Virus record (IMG/VR): IMGVR_UViG_3300040856_002880
Coordinates: 1 to 24,378 of that record
Direction: 5' to 3' (one strand)
Source: a virus
Lineage: Duplodnaviria > Caudoviricetes
Length of the DNA stretch: 24,378 bases
Shown here: in pieces, positions 17,624-24,378 of the stretch
How the letters are laid out: every line of letters begins with the position of its first letter
How positions within the stretch are numbered: position 1 is the first letter of the stretch
Made by a program: the position numbers and the translations under genes
The notes under the pieces: model-generated
What the model was told of the DNA's origin: nothing
Databases searched by the model: none
The model's input: only the letters and a program-made list of their open reading frames with translations

Positions 17624-18285
17624 TGACTAAAGCAAAAAACTATCATACAATAAGATATGGTAATAAAGATGGTGAGTTAAAATTTGGCCACATCACAGAA
17701 AACAATGAAACTGATGCATTCATTGTTAGAAGTGGTACGGAATCAAACCACTACATTGAAATGTCATCTACTGGAAGTGCTAGTCGTAAGCACGGAACAA
17801 CTTGTAGGTCTACAGGAACATTCCAAGTTAAAGCAGGAGACTCTGTAAAGGCACCATCAACTACAGATAAAGAAGCAAAAACAACAAGTGAAAATTATGC
17901 GATTGTTTTTGATGCAGTTGATGGGGATATTCTTTTGAATGCACCATCGGGAAGAGTTAAAATTTGTGCTCAGAACATTGAGTTAATTACTGCTGATGGC
18001 CCTGGATTGAATAATGGTGTGATTAGTCTTTCTGCAAATGAAAAAATTATTTTAAATAGTAAGAGTGAAATTGATATTCAAGGTGGCGTAAGTGTTAAGA
18101 TGGCATCAAACGATACTTTGAATATTATTGGTAAGTCTATTTTAAATGCTTATGGTGGATTAATTGACTTTGGTGATGGTTCATCGACTGCAATAGCAGC
18201 AGGTCCAAAAATTGGTTCTAAGCCATGTCTGGGCAACACATATATAAATGAAGTTAGACAAACATTAGAAAATATATTAGGATAA
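17623..18285 (+). CDS. Probable gp5 C-terminal-like beta-helix spike protein
   Basis: Alternating short beta-strand pattern (GDILLNAPSGRVKICAQNIELI, ISLSANEKIILNS); TAATG coupling to gp5. Confidence 0.55.
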   Translation: MTKAKNYHTIRYGNKDGELKFGHITENNETDAFIVRSGTESNHYIEMSSTGSASRKHGTTCRSTGTFQVKAGDSVKAPSTTDKEAKTTSENYAIVFDAVDGDILLNAPSGRVKICAQNIELITADGPGLNNGVISLSANEKIILNSKSEIDIQGGVSVKMASNDTLNIIGKSILNAYGGLIDFGDGSSTAIAAGPKIGSKPCLGNTYINEVRQTLENILG

Positions 18286-18288
18286 GAA

Positions 18289-19221
18289 ATGAAAGTACCC
18301 GATTTATTTGTAGGGAGAAGGTTGTTTGTTGGATGTGGGGAACCTGTTGGATTGGGTATAGGACCAACAGAAATTAGAGGTTCTGCGTATATTGAAGGAC
18401 CAATGATTGTTGGTAATCCATTATCATATCCAGTAGCAGAAGCTAATTTGATGGTTGCAAGATGTGTAAATGTAGAAGCACTTACACCCCCTCCACCATC
18501 AATCTTTAAAGTATCATCAAGAACTTTACCACCAACTCCTCTTGATGTAATGCTTGGTGACCCAACAGGACCTGTTGGAATACAAGTAAACTCAACTATA
18601 ATTAATATTTTAAACGCAACTGTACTTAACATAGTCTCTCCAATTACAAGTGGAACTGGAGTTTTAAATTGGGTTGGTGCAAAAACTTTAACTGGTGCAG
18701 AAGCTCTTACCGGAGCAAAGGCACAAGCAGGAGCTGAAGCAAGAGCAGGTGCAAAAGTTATTGATGGTAGCACAGTTATTAATGGAGCACTTGTAGTTAA
18801 CGGTGCAACACAAATTAATGGATTCTTAAGTTTTACGGGTTCTATTGTTGGGACTACAAAGTTATTTGACATCAAACATCCATCAAAGAAAGGTTATAGA
18901 CTTGCTCATGGATGTTTAGAAGGTCCAGAATTTGGAGTATATTACAGAGGAAAATTAGAAAACTCAAGTATAATTGAACTTCCAGATTACTGGATGAATT
19001 TAGTAGATCCAGAATCTATTACAGTAAACTTAACACCTCACGGACACTATCAAGAATTATTTGTAAAGTCCATTGAATGGGGGCGTAAAGTAATCATTCA
19101 AAATAACTCTGCAGGTAAAATAAATTGTAGTTATGTAGTACATGCAAAGAGAATAGATATTCCAGATTTGGAAATTGAATATGAAGGAACGGAACCAAAG
19201 CAAAGAAATTTAGGAGAATAA
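18289..19221 (+). CDS. Virion spike/fibre protein with hexapeptide repeats and C-terminal KxFDIxHP...LEGPE domain
   Basis: GAKTLT-GAEALT-GAKAQA-GAEARA-GAKVID repeats; KLFDIKHPSKKGYRLAHGCLEGPEFGVYYRG...IELPDYW. Confidence 0.65.
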   Translation: MKVPDLFVGRRLFVGCGEPVGLGIGPTEIRGSAYIEGPMIVGNPLSYPVAEANLMVARCVNVEALTPPPPSIFKVSSRTLPPTPLDVMLGDPTGPVGIQVNSTIINILNATVLNIVSPITSGTGVLNWVGAKTLTGAEALTGAKAQAGAEARAGAKVIDGSTVINGALVVNGATQINGFLSFTGSIVGTTKLFDIKHPSKKGYRLAHGCLEGPEFGVYYRGKLENSSIIELPDYWMNLVDPESITVNLTPHGHYQELFVKSIEWGRKVIIQNNSAGKINCSYVVHAKRIDIPDLEIEYEGTEPKQRNLGE

Positions 19222-19222
19222 T

Positions 19223-20647
19223 ATGGCACTATCTGATGACATTGTAAAGGATATGACCAAAAAATTGGAAACTAAAAAAAGTAATATTGAGTATTTTGAG
19301 AAAGAAATTCTTATTATTGATGCACAAAAAGAACCATATGATAATGCAATAGTAGAAATTGATAAAAATATTCTTGCAGATATTAATAGTGTAAATTCCT
19401 CAATGGAATCTGTTCAGAGTGCTTATCAAGCAAGAATAAATTCTGGATGTAAGTCAGATTTATTTTGGAGAATAGAATCCGAAACTGCTACTGATTTTAA
19501 TCTAATTGCAGAGAAACTACCAAATGTAGGGTATGCTGAAAGCTTCAGATACATTGATCCCGATACACTTGGAATAACCACAGCAAATGTTGGTGATGCG
19601 ATTATTGGTAATGGAAACATTTCACAAAATTTATATGCAATAAGATATAAGGATCAACCATACGTTAGAAAGGACATTGGAGATACTACTGTAGGAAATT
19701 TTATTGGAGTTGTTGGTTCTGCTTCAACAGAACTTGCAATTGTGTCTGCAATAGGTGAAGATTTTGTTGCAGATATTAGTGTTGGAAATCTAATTATCTC
19801 TACAAAAGATGGTGTGTTTTCTCCCATAGCAAACACAATCGTCGGGTTTGGGAGTACAACAATTTTTGCAACTGAACCAGTATTTGATGAAATTGTAGGT
19901 ATTGCAACAACATCTTTACAGGTATCAACATTACTTTTACAAGACACAACTGTTGGATTTTCAAGTTTGCCAGAAAGTGATGGTTCTTATGTGTCATATA
20001 CTGTTATTACAGACCCAGATACTTTTGAAGCATCTAAGGGAAAACGATTCAGATACAGTATACCACTAGAAAAGAATCCATTCTCAAAGGAAACTGTAGG
20101 AATTATAGATTCTTCCAATGTTGGTATTGGTGTAAGTATAAATGTTGTGAAAAGTGGCAATCCATCAGCAACTCAAGACTGGAAACCAGAGTATGAAGGT
20201 ACTATTAAGGGTGGAGAGAAAGTAAAATTTCCAAAAGTTGGTGGAGGAAAAATTTATTATAATGTAGGATTTGATGATGGACCCGTAGATTTTATTTTAA
20301 ATCCAGTATCTAGGGGAGATACAAGAACAGTTCCCATATCAGATTTTGATTTTAATACAGGAGGAACATACAACAATATTGCACTTCCTTTATATGACCA
20401 AGTAAGTGGTGGATCTGGATGTGGAGCTGCGGACAATGCAATTACTGATGCAGAGGATGCAAGAGATGCACTAATTTCTAACACTGGATTTGGAAAAAGA
20501 GTAGACACTGCAAATGCACTAAGAACTGAGAGAGCAGATTATGCAATAAGAATTTGGACATTAAGACAATCAATTGGAGGTGAAAATGCTAAGATAGATG
20601 AGTATGGTTCACTAGTAGATTTTGTTAATAATCAGGAGATAATATGA
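19223..20647 (+). CDS. Putative virion structural protein
   Basis: Long acidic ORF (474 aa) with coiled-coil ends and VGIATT/GFGSTT motifs, inside the late operon. Confidence 0.6.
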   Translation: MALSDDIVKDMTKKLETKKSNIEYFEKEILIIDAQKEPYDNAIVEIDKNILADINSVNSSMESVQSAYQARINSGCKSDLFWRIESETATDFNLIAEKLPNVGYAESFRYIDPDTLGITTANVGDAIIGNGNISQNLYAIRYKDQPYVRKDIGDTTVGNFIGVVGSASTELAIVSAIGEDFVADISVGNLIISTKDGVFSPIANTIVGFGSTTIFATEPVFDEIVGIATTSLQVSTLLLQDTTVGFSSLPESDGSYVSYTVITDPDTFEASKGKRFRYSIPLEKNPFSKETVGIIDSSNVGIGVSINVVKSGNPSATQDWKPEYEGTIKGGEKVKFPKVGGGKIYYNVGFDDGPVDFILNPVSRGDTRTVPISDFDFNTGGTYNNIALPLYDQVSGGSGCGAADNAITDAEDARDALISNTGFGKRVDTANALRTERADYAIRIWTLRQSIGGENAKIDEYGSLVDFVNNQEII

Positions 20648-20904
20648 ACAACACAATTTATACCAACACTGATAATCTTGTTATTGCAAGAGGAAAAGTC
20701 TTTCACAACAATACAATTTCATTACCAAAGGAATGGGAAAAGACTGTCAATCCCAAAACAATTACAGTATCCATAACTCCGTGTGGAATGTACCATAAGA
20801 TTTTTGTGAAATATGTTAATATTAAAGAGATTAAATTGGATTCTGATGCAAAGGTTCCAATTGAGTGTTATTATCAAGTAGTTGCAGAACTAAATAATCA
20901 ATAA
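20644..20904 (+). CDS. Small protein paralogous to the C-terminus of 18289..19221
   Basis: RGKV...ISLPKEW...VNPKTITVSITP.G....IFVK aligns with RGKL...IELPDYW...VDPESITVNLTP.G....LFVK. Confidence 0.75.
   Translation: MNNTIYTNTDNLVIARGKVFHNNTISLPKEWEKTVNPKTITVSITPCGMYHKIFVKYVNIKEIKLDSDAKVPIECYYQVVAELNNQ
20890..20896 (+). promoter_or_regulatory. Putative late promoter (CTAAATA)
   Basis: CTAAATA about 22 nt upstream of ATG 20918. Confidence 0.55.
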
Positions 20905-20917
20905 AAATTACTGAGAT

Positions 20918-22078
20918 ATGGCTAATCAAAGTATTAATATTGGATCTGTACCTAATGATGGAACTGGAGATAATCTAAGAGCAGGTGCAACAAAAATTAA
21001 TCAAAATTTCACAGAAATTTATACTGCTTTAGGTGATGGAACCAATTTAAGTGTAACAGAAACTGTTCAAGATGCTGTTGGAGATGCAATTTCTGCAGGT
21101 ATTCAAAATGGAATTACTGTTACTTATAATGATACAAACAATCAAATTAATTTTGATGTTACTGCAGGTTCTGTTACTCGTATAGATTATCCTGCACCAA
21201 ATCTTTATAGTCTTGCAAAAGCAGATTTAGGCACTGGTGTTAAGTACATTTTAGTAAAAGTGTGGGGAGCTGGTGGTAGCGGTGCATGTGCTGGCGCCGT
21301 TCCAGGCACCGGTCTGTGTGCCGGTGGTGGCGGTGGTGGTTATAATGAAAAGATGTTCTTTCTCGACGAATTGCAAAATAATTTTGCAATTACAGTAGGT
21401 GCTGGAGGAGCAAGAAAAACTCCTGGTGGATTTGGTAATGTAGCAGGAGATGCTGGTGGGACTAGTACTTTTACTGACGGAAATATTACTTTAGAAGCAA
21501 CAGGCGGTGGGGGTGGAGGAACTGGGATTACTCTCGGTTGCAAAGGTGGAGATGGTGGCAGATCTGGTACGTTTGATATCTTTGGTAGAGGTGCATACGC
21601 GACAGTTGATGCAGGTAATCCATTTGAAAAAACTTCAAGTCCAAATCAATTTTATTTGGGTGGATTTGGTGGAGGAAATACATCTAATGCATCATTGCTG
21701 CCTGGGCCCGATAGCACACTTTATCCTGCACTGGATAGTGGTCAAGCAGGATATTCTGTTTATGGTGGCGGTGGTGGAGGTGGCACCACCTTCGGCGGCA
21801 CTAATCTAGCAGGAGGAGACGGACCTGGAGGAAATTCCATTTATGGTGGTGGTGGCGGCTCTGGTCGGGGTGGCACTGCCGCTTTCCCTAGTTTGGGTGG
21901 AGTTTCTAATTTTGCTGGAAATGGTGGCTCAAGCACTGGTATTAGTGTTCCAACTGATCCTACCATTCAAGATGGTCAATTCCCTGCTGGAGGTGGAGCT
22001 GCTTGTCAAAGAAGTGCTGCAGGAAATTTTTCTGGTGCAGGGGCAAATGGAAGAGTTACGATTTATGTTTTCAAGTAA
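20918..22078 (+). CDS. Glycine-rich fibre/adhesin protein with gp9/gp10-like N-terminus
   Basis: INIGSVPNDGTGDNLRAGATKINQNFTEIY N-terminus; C-terminal VWGAGG.G...GGGGGGY...ITVGAGG...GANGRVTI glycine-rich domain. Confidence 0.75.
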   Translation: MANQSINIGSVPNDGTGDNLRAGATKINQNFTEIYTALGDGTNLSVTETVQDAVGDAISAGIQNGITVTYNDTNNQINFDVTAGSVTRIDYPAPNLYSLAKADLGTGVKYILVKVWGAGGSGACAGAVPGTGLCAGGGGGGYNEKMFFLDELQNNFAITVGAGGARKTPGGFGNVAGDAGGTSTFTDGNITLEATGGGGGGTGITLGCKGGDGGRSGTFDIFGRGAYATVDAGNPFEKTSSPNQFYLGGFGGGNTSNASLLPGPDSTLYPALDSGQAGYSVYGGGGGGGTTFGGTNLAGGDGPGGNSIYGGGGGSGRGGTAAFPSLGGVSNFAGNGGSSTGISVPTDPTIQDGQFPAGGGAACQRSAAGNFSGAGANGRVTIYVFK

Positions 22079-22081
22079 TTC

Positions 22082-22088
22082 ATAAATA
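22082..22088 (+). promoter_or_regulatory. Late promoter ATAAATA
   Basis: Intergenic ATAAATA about 20 nt upstream of ATG 22109. Confidence 0.7.
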
Positions 22089-22108
22089 TTCAATAAAGAT
22101 TAGATTCG

Positions 22109-22786
22109 ATGGCATATCAAGGTATAACAACGACACCTATTGCATCAGCTGATAGCCTTTTGGTGGGTGCCGTAAAAATAAATTCAAATTTTACTGAGAT
22201 TTATGATGGATTGAAGAATGGTTCTGGAGATATTACTACAGAAGTAACAGTTGCTTCTGGTACTGCATTTGAAAAAACTTATAATAAGATAACACCTGGT
22301 TCTAGACTTTCTGCAGAGTCTGATTATGAAAGATCAGTGTATTATGCAGTTTCAGATAATCCTGCAACTCTTACCCCATATGAAGAAGTGCAATTAAATG
22401 CTGGTGATTTTTTTGTACACTACATAAACGGTTCTGCAACAGGAACTCCTATTATACCAGAAGTTAGATTAAAACTTCCGCTTAATCCAGAATTTGGAAA
22501 TAAGGTTTCAATTCAGGTTGGAACTGGAATAAAATTCCAAACGGTTAGAGTATCAGGAAATACAGTTCCACCAGCAACCCCAAATAATCCACCAAGTAAT
22601 ATTTTGGGATTTACACCTACACAAACAGGAGCAGTTCCAACCAGTGATGGAATTATATTAGATGTTCCCAATACAACATACACTTTCGTTTATGTTGGAA
22701 GACCATATCAGTCTGATGTTAATACTCTCTCTGGAACTCTTTCAGAAACAAATGATGAGAATATAAGAGGATGGGTCTTGGTATAA
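22109..22786 (+). CDS. gp9/gp10-like virion protein
   Basis: ADSLLVGAVKINSNFTEIY N-terminus; LKLP.NP..GNKVSI...TFVYVG...GWVL C-terminal module. Confidence 0.65.
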   Translation: MAYQGITTTPIASADSLLVGAVKINSNFTEIYDGLKNGSGDITTEVTVASGTAFEKTYNKITPGSRLSAESDYERSVYYAVSDNPATLTPYEEVQLNAGDFFVHYINGSATGTPIIPEVRLKLPLNPEFGNKVSIQVGTGIKFQTVRVSGNTVPPATPNNPPSNILGFTPTQTGAVPTSDGIILDVPNTTYTFVYVGRPYQSDVNTLSGTLSETNDENIRGWVLV

Positions 22787-22789
22787 ATA
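22782..22789 (+). promoter_or_regulatory. Late promoter TATAAATA
   Basis: Exact consensus overlapping the stop codon; AGGAG SD before ATG 22812. Confidence 0.78.
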
Positions 22790-22811
22790 GAATACAAGGA
22801 GAATATGAGTA

Positions 22812-23126
22812 ATGGCACTTAGAGCTAGTCAATTTATAAATGCACCTTATACAATCACAACAACTACAGCAAACAAGACTCTAGAAAATTTTGAGTATTG
22901 TACTGTTTTGCCAAGCACTCCAACTGGACCCCTTACTTTAACATTGCCTAGTGCTTTTGTTGGAAATAAAGTTAAGGTTAGCGTTTTTAATAAAACTAAT
23001 GTTACACTTACAACAGGAAGTTTATTTCCTATTATGAACCTTGCAGAAGATCTTACAATAGATTCGGAATTTGCTACAGTAGAACTTGTATATGTAGATA
23101 GCAATATTGGATGGAGGATTAGTTAA
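22812..23126 (+). CDS. Small virion protein (fibre-associated beta module)
   Basis: LTLTLPS..VGNKVKV...DLTID....VELVYVD..IGWRI, similar to the C-terminus of 22109..22786. Confidence 0.7.
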   Translation: MALRASQFINAPYTITTTTANKTLENFEYCTVLPSTPTGPLTLTLPSAFVGNKVKVSVFNKTNVTLTTGSLFPIMNLAEDLTIDSEFATVELVYVDSNIGWRIS

Positions 23127-23849
23127 ATGAGCAATTTAAGCGATTTTATGGGTGCTGCTGTTGGTGCAGAAGTAACTGTTACAGAGTTTGCCTCTCCAGG
23201 CAATTTTACTTTCACTAAAGATTCTAGAGATAAGTTTTATATTGTTCAAGTTTGGGGTGCAGGTGGTGGAGGAAATTCTTCCGCACCAGCCCAACAGAAT
23301 AATCCTGGAGGTGGTGGAGGAGGTTATAATGAAAGATACTATTTACCAACAGAAATTGGTAATACGGTAGCGGTTACTGTTGGTGCAGGTGGATTCATTA
23401 CACCTCTATCAGATGGTGGCGATTCTTCATTTGGAGATTTAGTTGCTGGGGGAGGTACTACAGCTGGACTATTAATTCCAGGCATAGGTGGCCATCCAAA
23501 CAATGTTAGACTAGTCAATGCAACAGTGGCAACTGAAAGTTCTGGAAGTCCTTTTGTTGGAGGAACTGGTAATAATGCAAATGCTAATTTTGTTTTTTCT
23601 TATTATGATTCTGTTTATGGTGGTGCTGGAGGAGGCCTCGGCAGAATATCTGGTGGAGTAACCAATCCAGCAAGACTATTAGGGGGAACTTCAGTATATG
23701 GAGGAAATGGTGGTCGTGGTGGTGATGATGACGCTGGCATCGATGCAACTGATGGACAACAACCAGGCGGAGGCGGAGGCGGAGCTAGAGGAGCAGGATT
23801 CCCTGGTCGTGGTGGCAATGGATTAGTCAAGGTAATTATTTTCAGATAA
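23127..23849 (+). CDS. Glycine-rich fibre/adhesin protein
   Basis: MSNLSDF N-terminus; VWGAGGGG...GGGGGGYNE...VTVGAGG...GGNGLVKV; paralog of the C-terminal domain of 20918..22078. Confidence 0.75.
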   Translation: MSNLSDFMGAAVGAEVTVTEFASPGNFTFTKDSRDKFYIVQVWGAGGGGNSSAPAQQNNPGGGGGGYNERYYLPTEIGNTVAVTVGAGGFITPLSDGGDSSFGDLVAGGGTTAGLLIPGIGGHPNNVRLVNATVATESSGSPFVGGTGNNANANFVFSYYDSVYGGAGGGLGRISGGVTNPARLLGGTSVYGGNGGRGGDDDAGIDATDGQQPGGGGGGARGAGFPGRGGNGLVKVIIFR

Positions 23850-23852
23850 CCC

Positions 23853-23881
23853 TTGACACCTCCCACTCACCGTGCTATGAT
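23853..23881 (+). promoter_or_regulatory. Strong sigma70-type early promoter with extended -10
   Basis: TTGACA (23853-23858), 17-nt spacer ending in TGC, TATGAT (23876-23881). Confidence 0.88.
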
Positions 23882-23908
23882 AGTCAGGTAATCAACGAAC
23901 GAGACCAA

Positions 23909-24091
23909 ATGTCTGATGAGTATCTGACTCGATGCGTGGTGGACCCCATCAAGCGTACTGTGTACATCTATTCCAGTGAAGGGTCAGAAAAAGAAGTGGT
24001 CTGTGATACCACCGAAGAGTTTATGAATGTGCTAAAATTTGTTCGTGCCACACTGGGAGAAGACACTCTTGCTTATGCAAGTCCACTCTGA
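23909..24091 (+). CDS. Small acidic hypothetical protein (probably early)
   Basis: 60-aa ORF directly behind the sigma70 promoter; higher GC codon usage than the upstream late genes. Confidence 0.75.
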   Translation: MSDEYLTRCVVDPIKRTVYIYSSEGSEKEVVCDTTEEFMNVLKFVRATLGEDTLAYASPL

Positions 24092-24163
24092 GGGAAAATT
24101 AGCTTTTAATTCCATTTTTGGGCGGAAAAAAATCCCGGTAATTTTTTGGTCTGTAGGGTTTTC

Positions 24164-24373
24164 ATGAATTTAATTAAAATTGACTATCAGTCTCTAATAG
24201 AACAGAGGGTGAAGACAACACCAGAAAATGTCAAAGAAGCAAACGAGGCACTATTTTGTGCTAAAATGACTGTACCCGCAGCAGCAAAGCACTGCGGTAT
24301 GACTCAGAAGGAAATGAAAATGACCTTCCAAGAGTATCTCAAGTATCATCCACCAACTTACCAAATGGACTGA
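24164..24373 (+). CDS. Small hypothetical protein, possible helix-turn-helix
   Basis: ATG 24164; MTVPAAAKHCGMTQKEMKMTF fits an HTH pattern. Confidence 0.65.
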   Translation: MNLIKIDYQSLIEQRVKTTPENVKEANEALFCAKMTVPAAAKHCGMTQKEMKMTFQEYLKYHPPTYQMD

Positions 24374-24378
24374 TACAA

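Noticed and set aside
18150-18875. 241-aa antisense ORF
   Set aside because: Shadow of the repeat-rich + strand genes (Pro/Ala/Thr-rich mirror composition); no promoter, SD or motif.
20918-23849. Diversity-generating retroelement target or collagen-like fibre
   Set aside because: No reverse transcriptase or near-identical TR/VR nucleotide pair; Gly tracts are poly-Gly, not Gly-X-Y.
1-24378. tRNA, rRNA, intron/intein or alternative genetic code
   Set aside because: No intergenic space or cloverleaf seen; core genes are uninterrupted and TAA, TAG and TGA all serve as normal stops.

Overview
Gene-dense, AT-rich segment of a T4-like myovirus, most likely a cyanophage (Kyanoviridae-type gene order). 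Left part (+): thyX (5' truncated), small conserved ORF, phoH, PD-(D/E)XK exonuclease, gp33, gp59, DUF1825-like ORF, gp32. A minus-strand late block follows: gp53, gp48, gp2-like, gp4. Then a long + strand late block: gp54/gp19-like, gp26, gp51 (missed by the ORF track), two tape-measure-like paralogs (the second carrying GH73 and M15-like wall hydrolase domains), a gp27-like hub, gp5 without lysozyme, spike/beta-helix proteins and a cluster of gp9-like and glycine-rich fibre/adhesin genes. It ends with a sigma70 promoter and two small ORFs. The most notable observation is a complete candidate -1 programmed ribosomal frameshift cassette (T TTT TTC, 6-nt spacer, hairpin) that would fuse gp26 to gp51 directly upstream of the tape-measure-like genes, i.e. 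a lambda G/GT-like chaperone arrangement in a T4-like phage. All family calls come from motif recognition and synteny, not database searches.
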